The translations under genes were made by a program, and so were the position numbers. The notes beneath the pieces are model-generated. The model saw nothing but the letters and a program-made list of their open reading frames with translations. It had not been told where the DNA came from and searched no databases. Shown here piece by piece: positions 31,913 to 41,592 of a DNA stretch of 64,000 nucleotides. The stretch lies in NCBI GenBank assembly GCA_963456685.1, contig CAUOPB010000001.1, positions 57,511 through 121,510 of the forward strand, read 5' to 3'. The DNA is from an uncultured Candidatus Saccharibacteria bacterium (lineage in GTDB: Bacteria; Patescibacteriota; Saccharimonadia; Saccharimonadales; Saccharimonadaceae). Position 1 is the stretch's first letter. The number at the start of each line of letters is the position of its first letter.

Positions 31913-32632
31913 CTACCTTTTTGGCTCCCACATGAGTATGTTTATTTTTTCCGAACTATAGGGAGTACCGCAAATTAACTTTTGCCCAGAACGCTGTTCT
32001 ATGTGTGCTATAAGTTCTTTTTTTGCACTTGATTCCTGTTTTTCCTGCAGCTTATTTGCATACATAACAGCACCAGTAAACAAGTCGGCCATTTGAAGAC
32101 CGATGACCTCATGTGAGCGTAAAGGTTGTGCGAGTAGTGAAGCATTGTGTAGCCTGCCCGTATTCCTTAGGTAGCCTGCAAGTTTCGTAGTCCTTATGCC
32201 AGACCAAGCGTCTTTATAGTCAAGAAAAAGACGCATGTCACCGTATCTTTTTTCTGCAATAGTCCTGACAAGAATATAGGTCATTGAATAATAAAAGTCA
32301 TCTCGAGTCTTATTATAAGTTTCATAATCAACAATTGATTTATCGATAACTACCGCTCGATAGTTTACCTGTTCAACAGCGAAAAACACATCGATCAGCT
32401 CCTTGTAATAATCAAGTTTCGCTGGGCTTACCTTCGTCCATTTAATCTCTCTATGCGAAGCTATATCGTGCTTCTTTTTGACTGTTCTAATCGCATCGGT
32501 AAACAGAGAAAGCTGAGGTACGCTGAGCCAAAGCGCGCCAAGCACCATAGTATTGTTGTTTGGATCATCAGTATGACCAGATTCGTCTATATATACATTG
32601 GTTGCGCTAAAAAGCGTTTCTACGTTTTCCAT
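31913..32632 (-). CDS. DUF3800 family protein
   Basis: VYIDESGH, EIKWTKVS, RSHEVIGLQMADLFTGA. Confidence 0.88.
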   Translation of the reverse strand: MENVETLFSATNVYIDESGHTDDPNNNTMVLGALWLSVPQLSLFTDAIRTVKKKHDIASHREIKWTKVSPAKLDYYKELIDVFFAVEQVNYRAVVIDKSIVDYETYNKTRDDFYYSMTYILVRTIAEKRYGDMRLFLDYKDAWSGIRTTKLAGYLRNTGRLHNASLLAQPLRSHEVIGLQMADLFTGAVMYANKLQEKQESSAKKELIAHIEQRSGQKLICGTPYSSEKINILMWEPKR

Positions 32633-32726
32633 ATCTATAATTATACAATATTTACTTGTGAATTAAGCTACCGACTGACTTATCGTGAAAATTACCAACT
32701 TTCTGCCATTTTTCACGGTAAGTTGC

Positions 32727-35579
32727 TTATTGTATGGCAAATTCTATAGTAAATAGTCTCTCGGTAATCACCCCGCCCTCAGACGCTTGCTGTGCTAGGG
32801 CTATTTTATTTGAGATTTGCTCATCCATGCTGTCTTCAAGGTCATACTTCTCGCGGTTGAGGGCGCGGACTTTTTTGCGCAAAATTTGGACTTCGCTGGC
32901 AATTTTTAGACGAGAGGCGGCGTCGCCCGCTTGGCGCTCTTGTTTTTGCAAGTCTCTGATTTTAGCGTCAAGCTTATCGACTTTCATTTCGTATTCAACA
33001 ATCTTGTCTTTGTATTGACGCTCCAGCAGGTCTTTTTTATCAAGGTAAGCGTCAGTGTTGCGACCCTTGACTTCCTCTTGGCGTTCGGCAATTTGCTGAG
33101 TCAGGTGATTTTGCAACACTTCTGTAGGGGCAACTGCTTTTTGGTTGCTATCAGCAGCGTATAGCTCGAGGATCTTGCGGCAAGTCTCCGTATCAAGCAA
33201 CATACCGTCTTCTGTCTGCGCTGACGCCAAAATGTAACTTTCGCTCATATCCGAAGAGTCTATTTTCATCGGAAAGGTTACCTGCTCGACAATCATCGTG
33301 CCGTGTGTCCCGATCAGTTTTTTAACCTCAGAAGCAACTCGATCAGATTGACCAATATCAAAGATAAGTTCCGCTGGAGGTGTTTGTGCAGTCTTTGCAC
33401 TGTGGCGCACATATTCAGCTAAATCATCGGCGTATTTATACTGCCTGGCATGCGGTAAGCGTTCGGTTTTATAGAAATATGTTCCGGATTCGATATCTTT
33501 TTCTGGCGCAGTTTTTAGATCAAAAACATGCTCGTTTTCAAATGACGCCATACCGCGCAATACATACCGTGTTAAACCCATGAATAATCGTTCGAATCGC
33601 GTAAAAGCTTCTTCGGCTTGTTCGTCATAACGACGAAAACGATCTTGTACATGAGGGTCAAGCCCTTCAAAAATCCGCGTACGCGCCGCTTGTTGCTCAG
33701 TATCAATTTCTGACTTAAATTCTTCTTGCAGTTTTTCAAACCGTTGGCTAATCTCATCATCGGTGCGACACGTATTCAATATGTCGCTAATTTTCTTTTC
33801 AAAATCCAGTCCGCTTTCAATCGCACCGAGCACATCATTACTAGCACCGAAAGTGCTTTTAAATAGACTAAATTTATAAGTCAACAGTTCAAGAATTCGC
33901 TGCTCGGCAATATTACCTTGATTGCTAAAATTCACCACCACGACGTCGTATTTTTGCCCCATACGATGGACGCGCCCAATGCGCTGCTCAACGCGTTGCG
34001 GATTCCACGGTAGATCGTAGTTGATCAGCATGGAGCAAAACTGCAGGTTAATACCCTCGCTAGCTGCTTCGGTTGCAATCATAATTTGCATTTCAGGTTC
34101 TTTAAATTTATCAATTAACGCTTTACGTCGATCAGCCGATTCTATACCAGTAACAACATCAGAATCTTTATTATCTATCAACCACTGACGATAAATTGCA
34201 GTGCTTTCCGGCGAGTTATTTTGTCCATTGAATAGGATAATCTTGCCATTATAGCCCTGCTTTTTTAGCGTTTTGGCGATATAGTTCTGCGTCAAGGTTG
34301 ATTCGGTAAAGATAATTGCTTTGCGAGCAGCTTTTGATTCCAGTGCATTAAAGCCGACATTGATCGCTTCGACCAATTTTTCAGCCTTGACGTTTTCTTT
34401 GATAGAATCAGCAAAATCCGCGTATGATTTTAGTTCGTCAATTTCAGTCTGAAACTCGGCGCGCTCTTTGGCTGATTTGATTATATAGTCATCGTAAGCG
34501 CCAGTCTCCTCAAATGCCTCAATTTCTTCATCGTTCAGATCACCCAGCTCATCAATCAAGCCACCGCGGTTATCGCGAACCTTACCCGCAGCGTACTCTT
34601 CCTCCATGCGCCGTACAATATTCCGGAGTGTACTGGCAACTGCGAACGTAGATGAACCGAGGCGTTTGCGAAGAATCAAAGCCGACAAATGACGCTGAGA
34701 CGACGCGAAAGCATACAGCTTGTCACGATGTAGGTAATCATCCACTAGCTCATATAACTTCCGTTCATCGCCTGACGGTTCAAAACAAACAGTCTTAGCA
34801 ATGCGATCGGTGTATTTAATATATTTCTTGACCTCTGAGCGTAAGGTACGCTTGGCGATTTTACTCATGCGTGAACGAAGCTCGTCAAGCGCAAACGGAT
34901 GATTTGACTTTATATAGCGCTGACGAAAAACATCAAGCTTATAAAAATACTTAGGGTCGACGACCGAGACTAAACCGTATAATTCTTCGAGTCTATTCTG
35001 CAGAGGTGTGGCTGTGAGGAGCAGCGATTTTTCAGAACCTTTGGCAATATCAGAGACCGCATTAGCGATGCCCTTTTGGTTGTTATAAAAATTCCTTAGC
35101 TTATGCGCTTCATCAAGAACTAGCAAATTCCAGCCATTTGAAAGTTTTAGTGAGTGACGATTTGCAAATTCGTAAGAGCAAATATAAATACCGTCTTTCT
35201 CGATGGTTCTTTTTGCCTTCATCCATTTGGCGTCAACAACGGTTGTCGATAAATTAAACTTTTCCTGCAGTTCCTGCGCCCACTGCTGACGCAAACTTGA
35301 TGGTGCGATGATGAGAATTTTTCGCTTACGCTCGGCGTAATATTGCATAATAACGATACCCGCCTCAATAGTTTTGCCAAGGCCAACTTCATCTGCCATG
35401 ATAATACCGCGAGCCGTTGGCGAGTTTAATGCAAATAATGCCGCGTCAATTTGATGCGGCGTCGGAATAATCTGAGCATCAAACATTAGACCAGACAACT
35501 TAGCAACATCATCGTTAGCATAGACGCGTTCAAGCTCATGGGCAATATACTTTGCCTGATAATCAGAGGTAATCATCAA
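32727..35579 (-). CDS. SNF2-family helicase with coiled-coil C-terminus
   Basis: PHQIDAA, ADEVGLGKTIEAG, DEAH, LLTATPLQN, TEAASEGINLQ, QRIGRVHR. Confidence 0.93.
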   Translation of the reverse strand: MMITSDYQAKYIAHELERVYANDDVAKLSGLMFDAQIIPTPHQIDAALFALNSPTARGIIMADEVGLGKTIEAGIVIMQYYAERKRKILIIAPSSLRQQWAQELQEKFNLSTTVVDAKWMKAKRTIEKDGIYICSYEFANRHSLKLSNGWNLLVLDEAHKLRNFYNNQKGIANAVSDIAKGSEKSLLLTATPLQNRLEELYGLVSVVDPKYFYKLDVFRQRYIKSNHPFALDELRSRMSKIAKRTLRSEVKKYIKYTDRIAKTVCFEPSGDERKLYELVDDYLHRDKLYAFASSQRHLSALILRKRLGSSTFAVASTLRNIVRRMEEEYAAGKVRDNRGGLIDELGDLNDEEIEAFEETGAYDDYIIKSAKERAEFQTEIDELKSYADFADSIKENVKAEKLVEAINVGFNALESKAARKAIIFTESTLTQNYIAKTLKKQGYNGKIILFNGQNNSPESTAIYRQWLIDNKDSDVVTGIESADRRKALIDKFKEPEMQIMIATEAASEGINLQFCSMLINYDLPWNPQRVEQRIGRVHRMGQKYDVVVVNFSNQGNIAEQRILELLTYKFSLFKSTFGASNDVLGAIESGLDFEKKISDILNTCRTDDEISQRFEKLQEEFKSEIDTEQQAARTRIFEGLDPHVQDRFRRYDEQAEEAFTRFERLFMGLTRYVLRGMASFENEHVFDLKTAPEKDIESGTYFYKTERLPHARQYKYADDLAEYVRHSAKTAQTPPAELIFDIGQSDRVASEVKKLIGTHGTMIVEQVTFPMKIDSSDMSESYILASAQTEDGMLLDTETCRKILELYAADSNQKAVAPTEVLQNHLTQQIAERQEEVKGRNTDAYLDKKDLLERQYKDKIVEYEMKVDKLDAKIRDLQKQERQAGDAASRLKIASEVQILRKKVRALNREKYDLEDSMDEQISNKIALAQQASEGGVITERLFTIEFAIQ

Positions 35580-35596
35580 GGTTATTATAACATTTT

Positions 35597-36244
35597 CTAG
35601 TCAATGGCTCGAAAGGACTGTTTGGTGATCAGTAAGTGGTTAATGAGCGGTACGCCAAGCAACTCGCCAGCAGATTTAAGACGATCAGTCGTTACTATAT
35701 CCGCTTGGCTTGGCCTCAAGCTCCCGCTCGGATGATTATGCGCCACGATGATACTGGCCGCACGGTCGGCGATAGCGTCGGCGAAGACCTCGCGCGGGTG
35801 CACTAGGCTGGCAGTCAGCGTGCCGATGGTCACTACCCGTTTGGCGATCAAACGATTCGCACCATCCAGCGTCAGACAGACGAAATATTCCTGCCTTTTA
35901 TCACGAATGTCGGCCAGCAGCTCGACCGCCTTTTCCGGCGAATCAATCACCGGGCGCTCGTCGTCCATCAAATAGCGCCGTGCCAACTCAAAATTCGCCA
36001 AAATCACCGGGATTTTCGCTTCGCCCAAGCCAATCACGCTCCGTAAATCATCATACGAAACATCACCGCCTTTTTGACGCAAAATTTTCAGCACTTCGCG
36101 TGCAATTTTACCGACATCCGCCTGTTTATTACCGCTGCCAATCACCGCCATCAACAGCTCCAAGTCGCTCAGCCGCGCCGTACCGTAACGCGCCAATTTC
36201 TCACGGGGACGGTCGTTGGGATGACGATCCTGTACTTTCATCAT
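35597..36244 (-). CDS. radC: RadC-family JAB-domain protein
   Basis: DRPREKL, LSDLELL, VHPREVF, HNHPSGSLRPSQAD. Confidence 0.92.
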   Translation of the reverse strand: MMKVQDRHPNDRPREKLARYGTARLSDLELLMAVIGSGNKQADVGKIAREVLKILRQKGGDVSYDDLRSVIGLGEAKIPVILANFELARRYLMDDERPVIDSPEKAVELLADIRDKRQEYFVCLTLDGANRLIAKRVVTIGTLTASLVHPREVFADAIADRAASIIVAHNHPSGSLRPSQADIVTTDRLKSAGELLGVPLINHLLITKQSFRAID

Positions 36245-36752
36245 ATACCCCGTGCTTTTATTATCCTCACTATGTCAGCCATATAGAAATAGTTACTCAT
36301 AACATACCTGATGAGTACGCACGATTTTCCACCACGATCGTCCGTAACATAAACTTATCGTCTGCATTATCTGGTCATAAGCACAACAACTCACAACACG
36401 CTCTTCAAATGCATCTTTAGCTATCAACAGTAGCGAGTTGACTTTCATATACTTATTGTAACAGACCAGACTAAAAGCGCAGCGACATTTAGCACAACAA
36501 ATTAGATGGCTTCGTTGTTGCCTATTCACTATATAATAGTAATATGACATAGCTATTTAGATTTTATATATCATAGCTCACAAGTAAAATTGCAATTTAC
36601 ATAATCTTCTCATACACTCCAGACAAATCCATACCGATACTAGAGCATATTTCGCAGAATCATACTATCACTAACAGTTCATCATTTTGTTCTTTGAATA
36701 AAATATAAACAACCTAATGTCCACAAAACCTTAAAATTTCACATCAATCATA

Positions 36753-37682
36753 CTATTCTAGTCTCTCAAGCCTATCTCTATTCTTTGTCTTTCTGATACG
36801 AAAATTCCTAGAATCTAACAATATCTCATTACCACGCTTATCAAACCAAACCTCTAGGTAGGATTGTATATTGAGTATACTCTCAACGATATTCTCATTC
36901 ACAGCCACACTTCCCATCATAGGAGTTGTAAGTGATACTTTATATTTACCGTGCTTTATGTCATTAAATCCAACAACCATCGCCGTGTTTTCGATTTTCA
37001 TTTTTCGCATCAACAAAAACCTTTCCTCAAATTTTGTACTTGGATCAATATTTCTGCCTTGAATAGTAAATAGCTTAGTGTCCTCTTTGTCGGCAACCCT
37101 AAAGAACTTTGGATCGGTAAGATAGTCTAAGTTTCTGAGTTCTCTGACTATTTTCACAAATATATTTCTCTCTTCAACAGACAGATTATCATAGATTAAT
37201 TCACTTGCTATCATGTCCATAAATCGGTCTTCTATACACCCCCAGTCCGTAGCAAGATAAAAAACCAGCGGATGATAATCCTGAAGGGATTTCATCGCTT
37301 TACTCTTCGTAATCTTTAATAGCTCGCATACTCGAGACGTATTTGCATCTTCCTTCATAATCAGAGGAGCAAGACTCTTTAATAAAGTAACGATTTCACG
37401 ATCTACATTCATCTTTACATATTCAGATATATCCTTATTGCGAGAATGATCAATTTTATTTTTTACCACCTCATAAGAATAGAGAATTATAGGTATCGAT
37501 AGGAGGCTTGCACTCAAATCTAACAGTAAATCAGATAGCTTCTTAAGCACTATAACGTCATCCATCATAAAAGAGGTCAAAAATAATACTACACCCAACG
37601 CGACCGCCAATATATACGGAATGTTTGCAGATACTTTTACCAACCGCCTTACGATATTTTTTATCATTTCTTTCATGTTCAT
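36753..37682 (-). CDS. Hypothetical protein with two N-terminal TM helices (AT-rich)
   Basis: 309 aa ORF; composition differs from neighbours. Confidence 0.7.
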   Translation of the reverse strand: MNMKEMIKNIVRRLVKVSANIPYILAVALGVVLFLTSFMMDDVIVLKKLSDLLLDLSASLLSIPIILYSYEVVKNKIDHSRNKDISEYVKMNVDREIVTLLKSLAPLIMKEDANTSRVCELLKITKSKAMKSLQDYHPLVFYLATDWGCIEDRFMDMIASELIYDNLSVEERNIFVKIVRELRNLDYLTDPKFFRVADKEDTKLFTIQGRNIDPSTKFEERFLLMRKMKIENTAMVVGFNDIKHGKYKVSLTTPMMGSVAVNENIVESILNIQSYLEVWFDKRGNEILLDSRNFRIRKTKNRDRLERLE

Positions 37683-37718
37683 ATTTATAATATAAATCTT
37701 GTTGGTATACTACGACAC

Positions 37719-40205
37719 CTACCACACACTAAGTCTACCTTCCCGCCTACTGCAAGCCACATAAACTGCTACTGCACCAACCAATTTTGTCAGCCACGAA
37801 GTAACACTGGTACTGCTATCATTTGAGATTTTATTATTTTCTGGATTTAGCCGGCTATCATCAGTCCATAACGCCGCTAAGGGATGAGCAAAAGCAACCT
37901 TATGTAGTTTTTCCGCCTGGCTGCCGCTATTATCATTTAGTTGGCAATCCAGGTCATTATCATTATTCATTTCTATTTGATCCGTATAGTCCGCAGTTGG
38001 TTGGCTGTTCAGACTGCCCACCTCGCTGCTAGCATGCTCATTCCTCAAATCAACGTATATTGTGTCGTTTTCGTTTGGTTGTGTAATTCTTGTTTGCTGA
38101 GCTTTTTGACGTACTGTCTTGCCGTCTTCAAAGTCCGTTTGATTAATCAATTGGTTTGATACCTCATCTAGCTTAGGCCATAGTTCAGAGGTTTGTCTCT
38201 CGTTATGTTCTTGCGGGCTGTTCGATGTCTCATCCAGTTTAGGTAATAGTTCATAATTTAAAGACCTGCTCGGTGGCAACACTGAATTTACCATCTCATC
38301 CAATTTTGGCCATCGCTCAGAGGACCGATCAGAACGCAATTGAATATTTATCTCAGTAGTATTTTTCGGCTCCAGGTCTTGCTCAATATTAACTTTTGGC
38401 GTTAGTTCGTTCTGCTGTAAAGTCGGCAAGTCGTTACCACAATCTATTGGTACTACCTCGCGTTGCATAAACTTCTTCCTATGGTTATTAGCAGAACTTT
38501 CTTCCCGGTCAACTACAAAGACTTCATTTTCGCTAGCCCAACCGGCAGTTTCTACGGGCAATTTTACAGCAGGAGTATTTGCGACCGTTTCTACCTGCTT
38601 TGTCTGATTAAACGCACTATCGCTGTAATGTATATTAGAATTTTTAACAACTGCTTTTTTTGACGGCGCACTTTCCTTCTCGGCAAGCTCTGCGGCTGAA
38701 TCCTCTCCATCTGATGTATTTTGTACAGCGTTTACCGGTCGAGTTTCCGACAGGTTTTTTTTGAAATAATCAATAGATTCAACCGCGGAAGGAGAGCTAA
38801 CATTATCCTTTTTATCGTCAGCTAACGGGTTTTGCTTATCTATCGACGGATTTTTCTTAGACTCCAACGACGTCTCAGCTGAGACTTCAAAATCTGTTGA
38901 TGAATCACTATTAGGCTTAGTTGTAATATTTTTGGGAGTAGTTTTTTTAAGTAGATTATTCTCTGCACTAATAGGTTTTGGTTTTAGAGCTGGTGGCTCT
39001 TGCCTATTGTCTATTCTGTCGACCGCAGTATAAATCCCGCTGTCGGCTAAAGTATCATTAGCATCAATTAGCGTGCTTGATACTTTTTCTATCGCTGGCT
39101 CTTTCTGAGAGCGAGTTGTCGCAACAGTGCTGCCAGTATCCTCTGGCTTAGAAATTTGAATCGCCTGATGAGTGTTAACTGACGAGATTTGTTCAGTTGT
39201 ATTAACAGCTGACGACACCTCCTGGTCGGCACGTTTGTTTGAGCGCTGAGTTGTTTGGGCAGCGCGGTTTACTGTTGCTGTTTGCTGATTAACAAGTTTA
39301 CCCGAGTCATCCGCTGCACGGTCTGCTGCTCGCGGTAATTCATATTGCTTGATGCGCTCATTGGTACTATCACTGTTGATTTGCGTATGAGACTCTTTCG
39401 ATGCTTTAACAGCCGAACTGGAATTGGCCTCAAGATTAGCACTGCCATCATCGCTGCTCGTTGTTTTTTTCACTACATTAGCTATATGAGCTGTAGTCGA
39501 TTTTTCTTCGTCTTTGCTATGTATTCTGTCGACTTCATGGTTCAAAGATTCTGAGTTTCTTGACTCTGCAAACTGAAGCAGCGCCGCAGCTGACTCCCTT
39601 TGTTTGTTAGACGTCCGAGAAGATGGTTGAGTGTCTGATAGCGGTTGGTCTTCGGGTTTAAATTCAGGCCTAGGTTCTGGTTCTGACTCAGGTTCAGGCG
39701 CACCTGAGCTGTCTTCTTCAGCAGCTGGCGGCTGTTCTCTACTAGTGTCATCAGGCGTCGGCTGTGCCCAGACAATCCTGCCTGGCTCTTCATCTTCGTC
39801 TTTTTGGAGTAATTGCTCTAGTGTACTGAGCTGCTTAGGTTGATCTTTGTTGTTTGATGCCATCATTTCTGCTTGACGTCTTTGGCAATCTTGCGCGAAA
39901 ATGCAGCCAACACAGGCAATCGTTCCGAAATTTTGACACAATTCTGGATCAACTGGTGTTAACTTCTCTGAATTACCTTGACTGTTCGCGTCGCTCATCG
40001 CGGTGTCAAGCTTTTCTTCGCCGCCAGCCACCGCCACCAAATCAAAATCGTCCGCGCCAGCGGTAGTTGCCTCACTATCAATCCTCGTTGAAAAATCCTC
40101 ATTTGCTGAACCGCCTATCGACGACGAAAATACATCAAATCCTTCGCCAGCCTCGCCTATTGTCGGCAGTTCCTCCAAAACCGGTGACGCCACCACCTCA
40201 TTCAT
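37719..40205 (-). CDS. Large low-complexity protein with N-terminal Cys cluster
   Basis: 828 aa, S/T/E/N-rich; CQNFGTIACVGCIFAQDC; hydrophobic C-terminal helix. Confidence 0.75.
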   Translation of the reverse strand: MNEVVASPVLEELPTIGEAGEGFDVFSSSIGGSANEDFSTRIDSEATTAGADDFDLVAVAGGEEKLDTAMSDANSQGNSEKLTPVDPELCQNFGTIACVGCIFAQDCQRRQAEMMASNNKDQPKQLSTLEQLLQKDEDEEPGRIVWAQPTPDDTSREQPPAAEEDSSGAPEPESEPEPRPEFKPEDQPLSDTQPSSRTSNKQRESAAALLQFAESRNSESLNHEVDRIHSKDEEKSTTAHIANVVKKTTSSDDGSANLEANSSSAVKASKESHTQINSDSTNERIKQYELPRAADRAADDSGKLVNQQTATVNRAAQTTQRSNKRADQEVSSAVNTTEQISSVNTHQAIQISKPEDTGSTVATTRSQKEPAIEKVSSTLIDANDTLADSGIYTAVDRIDNRQEPPALKPKPISAENNLLKKTTPKNITTKPNSDSSTDFEVSAETSLESKKNPSIDKQNPLADDKKDNVSSPSAVESIDYFKKNLSETRPVNAVQNTSDGEDSAAELAEKESAPSKKAVVKNSNIHYSDSAFNQTKQVETVANTPAVKLPVETAGWASENEVFVVDREESSANNHRKKFMQREVVPIDCGNDLPTLQQNELTPKVNIEQDLEPKNTTEINIQLRSDRSSERWPKLDEMVNSVLPPSRSLNYELLPKLDETSNSPQEHNERQTSELWPKLDEVSNQLINQTDFEDGKTVRQKAQQTRITQPNENDTIYVDLRNEHASSEVGSLNSQPTADYTDQIEMNNDNDLDCQLNDNSGSQAEKLHKVAFAHPLAALWTDDSRLNPENNKISNDSSTSVTSWLTKLVGAVAVYVACSRREGRLSVW

Positions 40206-40864
40206 CGTTCAAAAAAGGTCTCCGTTGAAATATGTGATTCGTCGACGCCAGCGGCAGTTAGTTTTTGCCAAACGTCACGCACGAACGGCAAACTGCCGCA
40301 GACCAGAAAGTGCGCGTCATCCGGCGTTTCAGCGACAATCTTCGCCACCTCAAACCGCCCGTTATGCCAGCCGTCTCGTTCCTCAACCCGCTGGCGAGTA
40401 CTAAACTTGTTGACCTTGATGGATGAGGCTGACAGCTCCTCCGAGAACACCATATATTTTGGCGATTTTTGACTCAAATAGAGAAAGGTCGGCTGCTTGG
40501 CGTCCGCCAAAATACTCCAAATCGGACTCAGCCCGCATCCCGCCGCAATGCCGACCAGCGGCCGCTCGGTTTGCGGGTTGAAATCGCCGTACGCCCGGCT
40601 AATGTGCAGCATATCGCCAACGTGACGCGAACACAAATAACTCGAAAATTCGCCGCCAACATTTTTCACGGTAATTGACATCAATTCCTCATGCGGGCGC
40701 GAAGAAATACTATAAGCCTTGCCTTCGCGCACCTGGCTACCATCGATAAACACCGTGATATATTGCCCCGCCATAAAGTCAAACGGCCGCGCAAAATACA
40801 GCGTCGTCACCTCAGGATTTTCCTGGCGCACCCGCACAATTTCGACAGTTAGTGAATCACGCAT
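40202..40864 (-). CDS. Ferredoxin-NAD(P)+ reductase-like FAD-binding oxidoreductase
   Basis: FMAGQYI, KAYSISS, GEFSSYL, IAAGCGLSP, VCGS, C-terminal ETF. Confidence 0.85.
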   Translation of the reverse strand: MRDSLTVEIVRVRQENPEVTTLYFARPFDFMAGQYITVFIDGSQVREGKAYSISSRPHEELMSITVKNVGGEFSSYLCSRHVGDMLHISRAYGDFNPQTERPLVGIAAGCGLSPIWSILADAKQPTFLYLSQKSPKYMVFSEELSASSIKVNKFSTRQRVEERDGWHNGRFEVAKIVAETPDDAHFLVCGSLPFVRDVWQKLTAAGVDESHISTETFFER

Positions 40865-41592
40865 TCCTCGACATACCTTTCCATTATTTTTTGGGCGGCC
40901 CTAAATTCTTCGTCAGTGAAAGTGTGGTAATTGGCAAACTTCGGGCTAATGGTAGTACCGGTGCGAAAATGCTGCAAGGCAAATCGCTTAGCTCCTTTGA
41001 CTAGCTCGCCAATCTTTTCAAAATCCGCTACCTCCAACTGCTCGCGGACGATGGTCGTTCGAAATTCATGGCTGATCCCTGAATCAATCATCAGTCGCAC
41101 GTTGTCTTTGATCGCCGTTAGATCAATCGGCCGCGCCGCAATCTCTACGTATTTTTCCAGCGGCCCCTTGACATCCATGGCGATGAAGTCAATCGTCCCC
41201 TCCTCGACCATGCCGCGCACTATATCCGGATGCGTGCCGTTAGTATCCAGCTTGACGTCAAAACCCAGCTGCTTAATCATCCGGCACAGCACCGGCAAAT
41301 CCTCGTTAACCGTCGGCTCGCCGCCAGAAATCACCACACCGTCTAGCCGACCAATGCGCGATTTCAGGAATATCATCGCTTCCTCAACTGGGATACTTGG
41401 CGCCAAACGCTCGGGCAGCACCAGCTCAGGATTATGGCAATAGCCGCAGCGCATATTACAGCCCGAGAGAAACAGCGCTGCCGCCACGTGCCCTGGATAG
41501 TCAACCAGCGACAGCTTCTGAATCCCACCGATCGACACCTTAAGCTGGGACAGCGACGGCGTTGGCTCGCTGATGTTCGGCGGCATCGTCAT
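40849..41592 (-). CDS. nrdG: Anaerobic ribonucleotide reductase activating radical SAM enzyme
   Basis: SLVDYPG, GCNMRCGYCHN, SGGEPT, LDTNG; follows nrdD. Confidence 0.92.
   Translation of the reverse strand: MTMPPNISEPTPSLSQLKVSIGGIQKLSLVDYPGHVAAALFLSGCNMRCGYCHNPELVLPERLAPSIPVEEAMIFLKSRIGRLDGVVISGGEPTVNEDLPVLCRMIKQLGFDVKLDTNGTHPDIVRGMVEEGTIDFIAMDVKGPLEKYVEIAARPIDLTAIKDNVRLMIDSGISHEFRTTIVREQLEVADFEKIGELVKGAKRFALQHFRTGTTISPKFANYHTFTDEEFRAAQKIMERYVEECVIH

Noticed and set aside
32677..32725. Integron attC site
   Set aside because: Lacks clear RYYYAAC/GTTRRRY boxes and there is no integron integrase in the window.
32727..35579. DISARM or BREX assignment for the SNF2 helicase
   Set aside because: No drmA/drmB/drmC or pglZ/brxC partners are present.
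36293..36550. 85-aa ORF between radC and the AT-rich gene
   Set aside because: No recognisable motif and an atypical composition; cannot be supported.
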